This document shows positions 1-14,415 of a DNA stretch of 64,000 nt, in pieces. The first letter of the stretch is position 1. Each line of letters opens with the position of its first letter. The DNA comes from Tubiluchus corallicola (taxonomy: Eukaryota; Animalia; Priapulida). Below the pieces are notes generated by a model. It was not told the origin of the DNA and did no database searches. It saw only the letters and a list, made by a program, of their open reading frames with translations. Location of the stretch: NCBI GenBank assembly GCA_030141605.1, contig JAQGDQ010000182.1, positions 310,001 through 374,000 on the forward strand, in the 5' to 3' direction. A program made the position numbers and the translations under genes.

Positions 1-2050
1 ATAGAAATCTCAGGAACAACATGAGAACTTGAGGGTGTTGACTTAGAAGAAGCTTGGTTATTAGAAGTTTGTGGTAAGCAGAAAAATTTCTGATGTTGCA
101 TGAGGGACTCTTGACTCACAAAAACGGAATTACACTGATGGCACGAAAAAACAGTTGAAGGAAACAGTACTGCAGGTTGAGCAAGCTGACCAACAGGAAT
201 TGTAGGCATTAGGCCAGATGATGATATCATGGGCGAAACTAGATTGGCAACGGATGATACAACATTAGTTGAAGTTTGTATCGGAAATGATTTAGATGAC
301 TGTGATGATGATGGTGTTGACTCAGCTATAGACACATGCGAAGATGAAACACAAGGTGTTAAATTTTGCTTTGTAAGCAGCATCTCAGCAAGAATCTTTT
401 TATGCTCGTGCTGCAATTGAGCTTGAGATTTCTGCATGTCAGGTGACTCAATCAATGGCTGACTCAGGTCAACTTTTCCAGTTAAAGCAAGCTCTTGTAG
501 CTTAGATGCTCTGGTTTGATGTAGTACAGACCTCATGTGGATGTCCAATGTGGAGCTTTGAGTATAGGAAGCTTTACAGATGTTACACTTATATGGTTTC
601 TTGTCTTCTTCAGTTGGGCTAATAGCTTCTTCTAAATTATCTGCACTACTTCGCTTCAATTTGTGCAAATGTGAAACAGAATTGTAGTGAACTAAAAGTA
701 TGTTTTTCTGTGTGAAAGATTCTTTACAAACATCACATTTGTAAGGACGGTTGGGATCTAAATACTTCTCCATGGGATATGTTAGCTTTTCACCCTTTCT
801 GTGAAGCAATGTTTTGTTATGGCTAGTAAGGTAGCATTGTTTAGTGAATGCAACTTTGCACTTATGACATTTGTATTTTCTTGATGGATCATTGTAGTTT
901 TCTTCAGCTACAGATGGGCTGTTTTTTAGATCCTCCAGATATTCCTTATTTTCACTTTGCTCGCTATCAGAAGGCAACGTATCTGCATTCTCCTCATTAA
1001 CCTCATCAGAGGTTTCGTCATCTTCTGGTTCCTGTTTTGCTTCCATGCCCATAACCACTTTGCTTAGAGAAGCGGCAAGTGCAGCATTGCATTGCTCCAC
1101 ATCAGCAGGAGTCATGTCGGTATGCATTGTCTCCATGTGGCGTCGCAATGCTGCCACGGAGCGGAAACTTCTACCGCAAACCATGCAGCAAGTTGCAGCC
1201 CTAATAGCATGGTATTGTGAGTGACCTTGCAATTTTTCTAATGTCTTAAAGGCAAGACTGCACTGGTTGCACCTATATTTGTACAAGTGCCTCTCGGATA
1301 TCGCTACTTGTTGTTTCTTGTCATGGATTTCACGAAAATGGGTACGAAGAAGATGTGCTGTTTTAAAATACTGATTACAACCCTTTTTCCAACAGAGGTA
1401 GCCCGGTCCACGAGGGCCTTGCTGCATCTGTAAATGTCCTTGCTCATTCTGATGGTCGTACAAATCATCAATCGAGACGAACATTCTTGCACACATCTGG
1501 CATCGATATTCTTCTGTATCGATACTTTCAGCTGCAGGTGGCGGATTGGTATCAATTACTAGTTCACCTTCTTCATCCGAGTTCTCATTGTTGACCTGAG
1601 TGTTATTATTCTCTGGAATTTCCTTTGTCACTGATTGTCCAGTCACACTTGAAGCCATCCAGTCTGGTTTCTCTACCATCATCAGAAGCCGCTGCATTCC
1701 CTCTGTTGTCACATTGTGCATCTTAATTAGATGTTTTTCTAACTTCCCCATCTCTTGGAACTCGTCTTGACAGAGCGGACAAGTCAAAGATTTTGGTCGT
1801 TGAGTGTGCTGTGCCAGGACGTGCGCCCGTATCCGAACCTCGTTAGGGCTGCTGTAATTACAGTACGGACACACATATAATTGATCCACATCTACAGAGT
1901 TGGTATCACCACTAGCTGACTGGTCATTGGGATCTAGTAAGACTTGCTTTAACATGCTCTTGTCGTCTGCCTCCTTCTCTGTTTTAACTACCATAGTGCT
2001 GCTGTCTGTGTCCACCTTGTTGTTATCATCACCATCAGCTGCTTTCTCAT
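1..2050 (-). CDS. ZFHX3/4: Zinc finger homeobox protein (zfh2/ZFHX3/ZFHX4/ATBF1 ortholog), second coding exon, 3'-truncated by the window edge
   Basis: Acceptor ttgattttgtttcag| at 2051-2053 (minus strand). Phase 1 matches the donor at 20583 (G|AT = Asp). Manual translation gives ZFHX-type fingers: LTCPLCQDEFQEMGKLEKHLIKMHNV, GYLCWKKGCNQYFKTAHLLRTHFREIH, HLYKYRCNQCSLAFKTLEKLQGHSQYHAIRAATCCMVCGRSFR, MEKYLDPNRPYKCDVCKESFTQKNILLVHYNSVSHLHKLK, KPYKCNICKASYTQSSTLDIHMRSVLHQTRA. Absent from the ORF track, probably because no stop lies inside the window. The homeodomains would lie beyond position 1. Confidence 0.96.
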
Positions 2051-2417
2051 CTGAAACAAAATCAAATAATCATGAGTTTCACATTTTTCTTTTGATTTCA
2101 TTTTTTCTTTCTTGATTAGATGATAACAATCTTCTTTGATTACTGTACTGAAAACTCATTAACCAATTCAAAAAGTGTTTAACACCAAATTACGCCAGTA
2201 TTTCGCTTTGACTGTACAGTTAAAAGCTCTTTTTCACAAAAACTTCTTGTATACAAGCAGATGAAATGTACGAAATCGAGTTTCAAGGCAAATGATCTCT
2301 CATGTACAATTTTCTTTTATAAATACGTATGTATACAAGTTCTTGTATAGAAGTAGCTCCTTAGTCTTGCTCGTATACAAGAACTTTTATACAAAATAAT
2401 TTAACGCTGGGTCTAAA

Positions 2418-2613
2418 ATTGTCTTGCCGAAATTATATCTAGTGTCAAAATGTCAACATAATACAAATAAAAAAGGAAAAAATAACTCTAAAACAAGTCA
2501 AGTCATGTGCCATTGTTTCAGCATATCTGGAACTGTCTTGTCAAAGTTCACTAATGTCAAAATGTCAACGTAACACAGACAAAACATGAAAAACAACCCG
2601 GCAACAAGTCGAG
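2418..2613. repeat. Diverged tandem duplication (~113-bp period)
   Basis: aattgtcttgccgaaatt...tgtcaaaatgtcaacataatac...aacaagtcaag is repeated as aactgtcttgtcaaagtt...tgtcaaaatgtcaacgtaacac...aacaagtcgag. Confidence 0.7.
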
Positions 2614-4861
2614 AGGTATGTCAGTGTGACACATACAATTTACATCCATAGTTCTAAGCCCGCGATAAGTCCTTTTGGTGCTACTGTAGTAGCAATACAA
2701 GAGCATAGGATCACCAAATTCAACATGAGTCACATGCAATTTGGTGTTAATAGAAAAGGCACGTCAAACATGAAACATTGTACACCTGCTTACAACACAC
2801 CTACAGACAATACGTATATACTTTAAGTCCATTGGTATTATGCAGAAGTACAATTAGAGTGATTACAGTCATTTTTCTATGTTCAAAAATTAAACGAATC
2901 CACTTAGTAAGCGTCTTGTTCTCTAACCATGTTCAATTTCGTGACTTTACACCACACAGGTACAGAATTATATCAATTTAATTCACTGCATTAAAAACAC
3001 TAACCAACACTTGTTTTTATTTATTATTAGCATGTCAGCAATACCTGCAATTGTTCCACATAAGAATTTTTTAGTATCAACAACAACCACATGAAAACTT
3101 TTTGAATTTTCATAGCGCGCTCATCACTCAGGTATATGCACACCTGTAGACACGCTTACTATACAGTAGTTAAGTTGATTAGGTAAGCTAGCTGCTATGC
3201 CCTATCCTATCGACCTTGGCTAGTATCACATCTCGACAAGAGAAGCAGTAATTCGCGCGCGACTATTGGCGACGTAACAAATCACAGTACCGCCACAATC
3301 ACACAAACCACTGGCTGAAAAGCTTGCCTTTGCTTTGCTTAGCTTGGACCTCAAGCCTTGACCCCAAACGACGGCTTTGTTTAACCGAGACAAAGCCGAA
3401 CGCCCGAAATCACAACAGCGTTTTAATGACAGAGAAATCATTCAATTAAAAATATTACAAAGCCGCTCAGCACCCAAGGCTAGGCGCTGTGTCTAAGTGT
3501 GCCCATGCGGAAATAAAAAACTGGTTTTGGACAATTAGGACAAAAATCCTTATAAATACTAGGTTCATATACTTAACGAGTCTCAACTTTCCAGTTGGAT
3601 TAGCAAATTTTTCGAGATCGCTTTTGAAGGAAGTGTAGCTATTCTCTATGGGGGAGAAAATTACATAAAGCCACGCCGAGCAAAAAGTTTGCAACTTGAG
3701 CCGTGTGAACGTCGTATGGAGAGCCAAAAGTGACAGAAAAGAATTCTAATTACTTCGAAGTCAACATAGTTGTAGTCAACTGTTAATAAGTCTTCAAGGT
3801 TTTTTACCTGTGTGCATTAGGCACACCTGTAATTAAGCCCGATTACTTGATGCAAGTGAAATCTAATGAGCGGTTAAGCGAAAGCACGACATCACCTGAC
3901 CACAGAAACATCTGTGCAGGTCATTGATGATCAGGATAGCCAGATTTAAACAACAACTTTACATTTATAGCCAAAAAGAAATAAGTCTGCACACTAGACA
4001 GTCGAGTCATAAATTTAATCACATGTATCATGATGTAATTCTTTAGTGGGGTGATTATAGACTGACATTCCCAGAACCATCACTCAGTAAGTAATTAACT
4101 GCCTTAAAGAATTGTTAGAAGCAAGTGGGTGGGGGAGGAGTATTTTCAAAAAATCCACATCCTAATTATATTAACAAAATAATAACGTCAGCGAAGCAGT
4201 AAACACAGCCATGAAATTTACTCTAGTCGTTGGAGAAACTTTAATTTGTAGATAACTATTGTACGTTTCTGCGGCGCGTAATTTCAAATTCTAAAATAGA
4301 TCCAATCTTCTTTTTGTTTGTAGCTTACGATCTGCTGAGAATGGCTGCTAGGACAGTTGAAACGTCCAGAACAAAATTTCATCGCCACGGTTACTGCTTT
4401 GTTGGTGTCATTATTTCGTATTAGGCTTCGATTCTCACCTAATTATGTTACTTTAATTCAAGCGAGTTTGACTAATTCTTTTGGATTAAGAAGTAAGAAA
4501 AAAAACCAACAATATTTTTTTGTTAACTATGTCATCTTTATTTTAGGTTTACTGTATGGTCGTTTTAAAATACTTACACACAAATTTAGATTGCATATCA
4601 GCATTTTGGAATGGGGTACTCAAAAAATTCTGAATTAGTCAATTTAGTCCTTTTTTCAAACAAGATGCTTACGAATACCCAAAATTCGGCTAATAGAACG
4701 TATGATTAAGCCTTGTAAAATCGGAGATCTAGGGCTCAACTCCAGGCCAGGGTCTTTTTCGCATTCTCTGTCCTCTTAATACTAACAAACTATGATTCAA
4801 TCAGACGAAAATTAGAAAGTCTAAAAAATTTTTCCAATCCTCCCATCTGGATTCGAATGCC

Positions 4862-5001
4862 AAACGGACCGCTTTCCGGGCAGCAAAGCAGAAAACAGGT
4901 GAGTATTTAAAAATGTCAGAACAAGTGACTACTAAACGGTTTGCTTTCGGGGCAGCAAAGTAGAAAATACGAGTGACTGTTTAAAAAATTGACAGAACAA
5001 G
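4862..5001. repeat. Diverged tandem duplication (~72-bp period)
   Basis: aaacgg..gcttt.cgggcagcaaag.agaaaa...gtga...tttaaaaa.tg.cagaacaag occurs twice. Confidence 0.7.
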
Positions 5002-8000
5002 AAAGTATCACAACTACTTGTTGAAGGTGAAAATTTGTATAGCTATAGATTATATTCTTGTTTAGAAACTTGTAACGCAGTCAGTTCAATAATCCTGCAC
5101 CTGGCCTCTGATTTTAATTACGCCGTTACTAAGATGAAAGTCATTAAACCATCAACAGGAGCACAAACTGGAAATACCTGTATTAAGAATGTTGTTTTAT
5201 TTTTCAATGTGTATTGTTTGCTGTTCACACAGGAGAATTAAGAGAGGAAGTGAAGATGCTAGGCATTTGTTTGTACTAACCTTAACCCTTTCACCTGGAC
5301 AGTGGGGTGGAGAGAATCCAAAACTACAATACACGCGAAGAATCGCTAAACCAGACAGGCAGAAAGGTAGACAGAGAATTACCCACGAAAATGTTAACCC
5401 TTTCCAACACTGTGTGCAACTTGAAAGTCAAAAAATGTATTATATAAACAACCTACAATGGTGTAAATGTAGTACGTGTATTGTAACAATGAAGGAGACA
5501 AGCCAAGAATATCCATGGACGTTCAAAATAGCCTTTATAGTTTTACTCTGACTTAGAAATGTGGGTCTAACTTAGAAACGCATATGCAATGGAGCGCATT
5601 AAAACCAAGCAGACTTTTTGGCAACATTTGTTTATCAACCAAAGTTTGAATCACAAGACAACCTATCGCCTTAAACAATTGTAATACATTAATTATTTGT
5701 TGGGTCTCGGTGTTGTAAAGTCGCTTAGTACCCTGTGGCCAAGGCTAAGCATTGTTTACTTGCATGATTAGCAATTGTTCAATAGATACCTGTGAACAGT
5801 TTTTAATACTTCGCCCCACTTTCATAATCGCGTGTACAGATTTTATCTATTTTTTACTCTTGTTAAGTTTACTTTTATATACATACATTGCGTCTTGCGC
5901 ATGTACATTTTCTTCTTAATTATTTGTTTGTTTTCCGTACTTATAGCGGTGAACAAAAATATGAATGTCCGCTTTTTCACCGCATATTCTGTGTAATAGA
6001 ATGTCTAGAAAATGGCAACAAAGTTGTAGCAACAAATTCAATTTTTGAACACCCTTTACCAATTTCTTGTAGTTCTAATCCGTTTGCGTCAGTCAGTTAT
6101 AGTTTAAATGACAATTACATAAAAAACTGGAGAATTCCAATATAACAAGTGATATGCTTTATGATTATGAAGAGAGCAGAAATACCTTTTCACTGACTCC
6201 TTAGTTCCTCAGAACATGTACGTGTAGTGCAATTACGTACATCGTAAATGGAAACTGCATAACCTCTAAGTCGGAGCAAAAATCCTGAAACTCGCAATGT
6301 GCCATAATTTGAAAGTTTCAGAAGTTTACTATTAAATGAAAGGGTCTTTTGCTCGTGGTCGTCGCGGTACTTTATCTCACACTCTAGGAAAGTTTTTACA
6401 TTTCATGTTTTAAGCGGTTAAAACTTATTAGCTAAAAACAATTTCTCTTTCTTGCCGCTCGACGGCGCCACACTGTGCATAATAAACCAAAGCATGGTAT
6501 TTATGGCATCCGTTTCAGTCGTCTGCCGAAATATTATTGAAACTATAAAATAAGTTACTAAAGTAAACTAGGTTTTAAAAGCTATCATGGACATTTGTTA
6601 ACGGAATAATTCTCCACACCCAAGGTGCTGAGGATTGCTACTGCAACACACAAATCCCTTACACTAAGAATTAATAAAAACCCATAATTATCCACTGCAG
6701 CGACGCTAAATTAATTTGTAACTTAATTACCAAAGCAAGGATGCCAGCCAGGGCGAGGCTGAGTAATATAATTACATACGCATATTACGATGCATAAAGC
6801 GCTAACCTCTATTATATTGCATTTAATTGCGTTCTGCACTGTGAAATAGGGATGTTGAATGAATAGCAGTTACGCATGGCTAGCAACAAGTAAGCAAGTT
6901 TTTCTTCACTGTATCAGCCCTGGTTTACATAAATTCTAGACACAATTCGTTTACATAATTATATGGCGTAGCGTGGGGTAATAAAGTGAGTGGACATTAG
7001 TTCGAAAATGAAGCGCTGATTGGAAAAATCAACAGTTGAAATAGTGCTAAAATCACAGGCGAGATGGCAGCACTATCGTGGGAGATACTGATACTATTCA
7101 GCTATATGGATAATTTTGTTTACCAAAGACGCTTTTCCATGTCATCAGGTGTTAAAATAAGCGCAAAAAATGTAATTGCACACAGATATCATGAAGCAAG
7201 AGCAAATTTATAAACACGAAAGTTAATTATTATATAATCTTAGGTTTGCTAAATTAATTTAGCTTAATTAAGTTAACTAATTAATTTAAGTTAGATAAGT
7301 TACTTTTATCTTTTTACTTAATTACTTACATGTTTCAAACGTTTTTACATTTTAGGCGCTACAAACAGTAACTTACGTTCTAAGTTTCAAAGTCTTGATT
7401 TAAGTAGGTCTATTGTTTAACTGACTTTATGCCTGTGATTAGATTAAACTAAAACATAACTCAGCAAAAAAGTCTACAATCTTATATGCTCTACTGATTA
7501 AGGTTACATGTTAAGACGCAGACCGCTTAACGCATTAAATATAATAACCAATTATCCATCAATCTCCCATTTATAAATTAACAATGCACCGTCGGTCAAA
7601 AATGCATAAATATACTCTCACTCAGTCACTCTACTTATAATAAAATATAAATGTTCACTTTTTAATGATCCGAAATTGTAAAGAAAAATTCCTAAGCGAT
7701 AACTTTACGCACATAATTTATATCTGCCTAACGAATAAATATTTGGGCCCCACTGCGGCGAGAATTCAAATTAGAACAAAACTAAGAGGTCTAACCTTGA
7801 GGAAGTATAAACGCTTACAATGGGCAGCAGGAAAGGGCGGCACAAAGGGAAGGGTTGTCAGAAGAATAAGAACACACACAAGTTCCTACATTATTGTCCT
7901 ATAGAATTTAATTAAGGTTGACGTAAAATTGGGAATCACAAACTGCACTCTTGGGACAACACATTTTAATGTTACACATATATTTATATTTATGTCGTAA

Positions 8001-11000
8001 ACAAACAATGCGATTCTGTCGTACACCTTCACCCTCTTCTGCCCTCAACAGGTTTAGCTTGCAGATTATGATTAGAGGCCTAACACTTGTCAATTCGTCA
8101 GGTAGAGATAAATGCGCGGGAGTTATGGTTCCCAGGTGTTGAATAAAAAATATTTATCAAGGCGGCCATCATGAGAAAACCAGACTCCATAATTAACGCT
8201 AGTGCCAATAGACGAGGGGACAAAGCTGGCATTATTGTGTGACGAATTTGCGCTTGAAAGCCACCCACTAATTCATTCCAGCAACCTAAACTAACTGCCC
8301 CATTGTTGCTAGCGGCGATGTTGATCTGATTAGAACTAGCAGAAGAAAAAAATCCCTCGGAAAATACAGCCAGTCGCCTTAATGTACAATATATGCGTAT
8401 TATTATGGCAAACAGTCAACTTTGCGTCAAATCACTACATACAATAGTGCAAGTGAAGACCCTTAGTCAGTTTACAAGCATTATTCTCTTTGATTCAACA
8501 AACAGCAAAAGGAAATGTGAACTACACTGAAAACTGAAATGTTAGAATCAAAACCCGGATAGTACACACAGCGTCGTCTACACGCCAAGAAATCTCATAG
8601 GCTTGAGATATGCGTGACTTATGCACAGTAAAACGACTTGGTAATTATTATTACAATAAACGTGCACTTCCGGCTTTAAAATTTAATAGGCGTTGTCAAG
8701 GTACTGAATCTTTTTATACGTAATATTTGATTAGCAATAAAAACGAAATTAAAAAAAACAATTGTTAAACATGTAGTAACGTGTTTGATGAATGATTTAA
8801 AACGAGTGCTTTTACATTGACACATTTATGAACACCATCAATATCGATTTATGGAAAATGAACACCAGACTATCGCCTGTAAAATCAAAACTATTCTATT
8901 CACGGTTGAATAAGATCATTCTCAGACTCATTCACTTGTGTTATGAGAGTGTTTGCTTGTTTTAGTTTAGTTTTGTTTCGTATTGTATATATGTTTGCAG
9001 TTTTGTATAAGAAATGTATAATTGACTTAATTTTGTCTAATATTTTTGGCGTGGTGAAACCAGGCCTGCCTAGGCGCTGTAAAGTTTCACATTAATTTGT
9101 TAGTCATACTCATATAGCCACGGGAGAATCTTTGCAATTAATATTATAAAAGTTCCATGATACTAAATTTACGACTTTATGATCACGCCCGTTTGGAAAA
9201 CACTTAAAAACTCGTGTACAAATACAAGTCTGGTTTAGAACATTTAGCTTTGAAAATAATTCTCAAGCACGTAATTAGCTTTAACAACCCAGCTAAAATA
9301 ACACAGGGGGCAATTATCTAGCCCGTAATAAGGAGCCTATAAGTCGCTGTAACAACTAATTCACCCATATACGGCTACAACACGAAACGGCGCATGATAA
9401 ACACCGGGTTATGTATAAAGTCGTTATATCAACAAAAACCTCTACTGCTTTCGCAGCAGAGATTAACCTGTTTTTAATTTATTTTCAGCTAACAAAGAGT
9501 GTAATTGCACAGCACGTTATCCTCTGTTGAATTTTTGACTTGAAGAGGTATTCAGAAGAATTTACATAAAAGAGGTAAAACTAGTCTTTATTAGCGAAAG
9601 GAGAAATTTAGCTTGGGTATTTAATGGCCGCCGACAAGCCGCCATTATTAGACAGCGCAGCAAAGCGACGCCCAGCGGTGAGACTGCTTTTGTTAAGGCG
9701 TATAATTTAAGCAAGCTTAATTAACTCATTATTAACAGCAAACTAAAAGAAAAAATAGTCAAAGGAATTTCAAAATTACAAAGTCTAACTGGCAAAAAGT
9801 CATGTTCATCAAAGAACGGACACACCAATACAGTTTTTAGTCAGCCGTCTTCCCTGTTCTCAGTGCCTCAGGAACTTTAACAGGAACTTTTCATTCATTG
9901 GTACCTTTGCCCAACCAGACAACAGCTTACTGATTTTTAAAACCACTTTGTCCTCAAACAGAAACAGGAGTGCACTCAGCCGACAACTGCTGAACAAGAC
10001 TTGCACAAAATTTACTAAAATAATCTGTACAATTATTATATGATAATTACTCATAATCAGTTCCAGCAAAAATTAAAATCTATAATACCATTTCATTTAA
10101 ATTTATAGTCAAATGTGGCCCTGCTATTAAAACTTGGCGGGTTAACCCGCCAAAATGAGTGACCCAACTCTAATCGCAACTTTAACATATCCAACTTTGC
10201 TTAATGAACTACGTAAATATTATAAAATTAAACGAAACGAAAAGCCAGAGGTGAGTCACTTTTGTTATTACAGCGAAGCCCGCTACAAGCTCACAGTTTT
10301 ATTATCAAATAGTCAAATCTTCTTATCAAAATAAAAATGACGAAATTATTGCCATAAAAAGTGGTTAGTCACGCCATGTTTGGAATTTGTATGAGCTTAA
10401 GCGCAGTTTCATTCTTACATAACCAGTTTAGCTTTAAATTTGAAGAAGTGAACGCGCGAAATGCATCTATAAAAGCGCGCACCACCTACACCAAGTGACG
10501 GCAAAGAGCATGAAGCTGCGTTCACATTGCTAATGTGCCCCAGGTTTTGATTTTGCGTTTTTTATGCAAAAAGTTTGCTGCGATTAACCGAGAAATCGGT
10601 ATTTGACGTTGGTCAAACGTATAACCACCACTGTGAACACAAGAAAATATGTGGACATTCCCATTCAATACATGAACGTCATTCATCCCATATATGAATT
10701 TAGAAAGTTTACTGGACAACCAAATTTGTTAGCACAACGTCTGGTATATTAATTAACCGAAAAATCGATATTTGACGCCAGTTCAGATCTTTTCTTTCGT
10801 TTGTGTGCTTTTTATGAGTTTTACAAACTAAATAGGTAAACCAGAATGCGGAAAAGAAGCTCGTTATAATCTGTTTCAAATACAGTCTATAGTTTATTAT
10901 AACACACAGGATAATTAGCTATATTAAACAGATCACGTGACGTAATTGTCTCTCAAATTTGAGTTCAATCTACTTTATATAGTTTCAGGCGATATTAGGC

Positions 11001-11719
11001 ATGCAGGCGATTGTAATCTACGTGAGAACATTACGTAAGCAACAAAGGGCAGTGCTATTAACCTGAGATTAGAGAGCTACTTGATTAATAGCACAAATAA
11101 ATTTGCTAAGTGGCGATAGCGAAACGCACCAAAATCTCATTAATAAACCACTTTTCATTTGCACCTGAACACAGCGCAAACTATAAAAATGCGCGCCCGG
11201 AACAAAAGGCCATTTTCAATTCATATTTAGGGCATTCCGGCAGTTCTATACAGTAAATGCAAGAGACTGAGCTTTTATTACGCACAAATAGGCATTACTA
11301 TACAAACAGCAGCAGCATGATGTCAAAACAATGTCATCTCTATAGCTAAAAGGGAAAGAAAAACATCAAAAAGACTATTGAATGTCAGTGAAACATAGCA
11401 TAATTTCTTAATTATCTAAAATTCTTCTCAATTTCTTAATTTCCTAGAGACAGTAAGTCCACTTTTTTCAAGAAAATTTCTAAAAGGTTGGCTAAACGTT
11501 AAAATAAGCGTTCTTTACATTTTAGTATCTCGCCATTATGCCATTCCTGAGCTTTTAGTAGTCACTGCCTGAGAAAAGCAATACAGAAATCGATCATCAA
11601 ATTGTTAGAGGCAAACTCCAGAGCCCTTCCTTATTGAGGAATCGGCAATGTTGTAAGCGACTTTTTCTACCATTTCGTTTTTACATTTCCGTTTGCTTTC
11701 ACAGAAGTTACTGCTGGGA

Positions 11720-12480
11720 TCTGTCTCAGGCGCTTTTCTCTGGTATGCCCATATTTGTCCCAACAGTATTTCCATGACGCGATATACCCCTCTCTGTCCC
11801 AGGCACTCCTGTGTTATTTGTGTGTATTCCAGATGAGCTTCCGTAATATCTCTATTGTCCCTGTGTGGTCTCAGATAGATTTTCTGGGCATAGTGTGCAC
11901 TAGTATCTTTCTTTGTTTCTCTATGCTATTCCAAATGATGGTTTCGTTTTGCATCCTGTATGTAGTTGTTTCAAATTCATCTTTGCACGATATCAGAGTA
12001 TATCTCAAAGAAGATCTCAAGCCACGATTGACATGTCAAGTTCAGACACGATTTCTTGCTACATCTATGTCTATCTCAGATGAAATTTAATGAGTCCCTG
12101 GTGTTTATCTTAGACAAATTTTCATGCCATGGCAATGTCTATCTGAAATGGATTTTCATGCCATGCCAGTGTCTATCTCAGATGGATTTTCATGCCATGT
12201 TCCTGTCTCAGGAGGATTTTCATGGCGTGCCATCGTCTATCTCAGATAGGTTTCCATGCCACGCTCCTGTCTATTTCAGATGAATTTTTATGCCATACAT
12301 GTGCCCATCTCAGATGGATTTTCATGCCAAGCCAGTGTATATCTAACATATATTTTCAAGCAAAAACCAGTGTGTATCTACTATGCGCTTTCAGACAATA
12401 CTTACGTCTATCTCATATGTATTTTCAAGCTTATACCTAACCCAAGCGAGTTATCGACATGCGATACTCAGATCCGTATC
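11720..12480. repeat. Degenerate ~34-bp minisatellite
   Basis: Consensus ~TCTATCTCAGATGGATTTTCATGCCATGCCAGTG. About 9 clear units at 12068-12375, with decayed units on both sides. Confidence 0.85.
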
Positions 12481-13440
12481 TAGTCTATTTTTCACAACTC
12501 AATAATTTATTTAGTCCTCATCGTCCTGGACATACACGTTCTTTTATGAACAGAATTACAAACACCAAGTAAGCCATAATGTTTAAGCTTTCACCTACAG
12601 TTACACTTTTTTGAAGCACCTTTACAGTGACTTACTAATGCTTACTAAGTTTCTTTTGGGAAAATATTCCTTTGCATAACCAGGCCATCATAAGAGTCGT
12701 GACAGCATACTGTATTATTAATTACGTGGCCATTTTTGCGTTTTTTTGCATCTCAGTATATGTTTTTTTATAGTGAGTGATTTTAATACTGCTTTGTTCG
12801 TATAAATAAAGTTGACTATAAACCAAGCCAAACTGTCATTCTTCAAGGTAAGCATATAAGTACTGCTTATGCCCCAAGTCGCTAACCCATTACCATGAAA
12901 TTTTGCTACCCATACATTATTTCGTGGAAAACTTCTGCATAAAACTTACATTTATTATTCGCGTTAATACGCTACATTTATATATTTTAATAAGATGCCT
13001 AACTTGCAGAATGCTTTATAAATTATGATGATTTGGCATTAAAGTAACACTGGTTTACAGATGGCAGGTTTATCATAAATTATTCATAACACGGCTTAGA
13101 TTGTTGCTGTCTTGTCCAAAAATTCTGAATCTTGCGAGTTTTTGTTTGACATATTACAGAAATTGATGTTTCAAATTAATTCAAACTGGCGACGATAGTC
13201 CTGAAAAGAATTTTCAACACAAAACATTCAATTTTTAACTCTGCCTAAGAGCAAAAAATAATCAAGGTCTAGCCTAATATATAAACTTATTTACCAGAGG
13301 TTGATAACCTGGCATCAGACCATAAATAATAGCTTGACAAAGTTGTTGACAGAGAAGTGGACGTATATGCTGAGACTAAATGCTCGTCACGCTGACAATT
13401 ACTGGCTTTTATCAAAATTAAAAAAAACGTCAGTACATAC

Positions 13441-13760
13441 GTGGGACAGAAGTTACACGTGCTGAGGTTGTGGGTACCGAGGATCCCCCAGGTGCTGAGG
13501 TTGTGGGTGCTGAGACTGCAGGTGCTGAAGTTGTGGGTACTAAGGCTGTGGGTGATGAGGTTGTGGATACTAAGGCTGGAGGTGCTGAGGGTGCCAGTGC
13601 TGAAGTTCTGGGTACTAAGGCTGTAGATGCCGAGGTTGTGGGTACTAAGGTTGCAGGTGCTGAGGTTGTGGGTACTAAGGTTGGGGATGCTGAGGCTGCA
13701 GGTGCTGGAGTCGTGGGTACTAAGTTTGTGGGGTAGAGGTTGCCGGTGCTGAGACTGTGG
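13441..13760. repeat. 15-bp minisatellite (~21 units, partial 30-bp higher order)
   Basis: Units of GTGGGTACTAAGGTT / GCAGGTGCTGAGGTT type. Confidence 0.9.
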
Positions 13761-14415
13761 CATCGTGATAGTAGGCGCTACGTTTAGTGGTATTTAGTGT
13801 GCATGGAACGAGTAAAACATTCCAATATTCGTGACCGTTCACCGTTCAGTTGTATTATTCAATAATATTGTTTTCTAATGATAATATTAACAAGTACTTT
13901 GTTTTTGATATTATTATTAGAATAGAGTTTCCATATTTAATTTTACTGATCATTTAAAACTAATTGAAAGTTCACAGTCAGCAGCAACCGGGTTTCAAAT
14001 AACTAGTTCACTTAGGCAAAAATATTGAAACTGGGCAAACTTTGGCGTAAGTCGAACAAAGGCGTACGAAAATGTGAATGACATATTACCAAGCGTTCCA
14101 ATCACTGTGTGAACACTTCATTAGTATTTCGTACATGCTGCAGCATAAGCTACTGAACTGATACCAACCGTCACACATCGAATAGGTTTATTAGATTTAA
14201 ATTCTGAGAACTAATTTTACATGCAAGGCAAGAAACTTTGAATAACCGGATCTAAGAGCACTGGGTTTAAACTGTTTATTATCATTCGCAGTAAGGCAAT
14301 GTAAACACATGTTTTAACACTAGCGTTTCTTCAACACTGAAGTTAAAGTTTACTTTTGACAATTAATTAAAAACGCGGCCGTGAGCGCCGTTGTAGAGGC
14401 AAATAAAGTTTAAAG

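Noticed and set aside
2215-2400. Short inverted repeats (ttcttgtatacaagca / tgctcgtatacaagaa) suggesting a mariner-type MITE
   Set aside because: Ends and TA TSD cannot be defined. Too degraded to call.
11755-12483. Four overlapping ORFs and a CRISPR-like appearance
   Set aside because: A eukaryotic minisatellite. The apparent spacers are mutually homologous and there are no cas genes.
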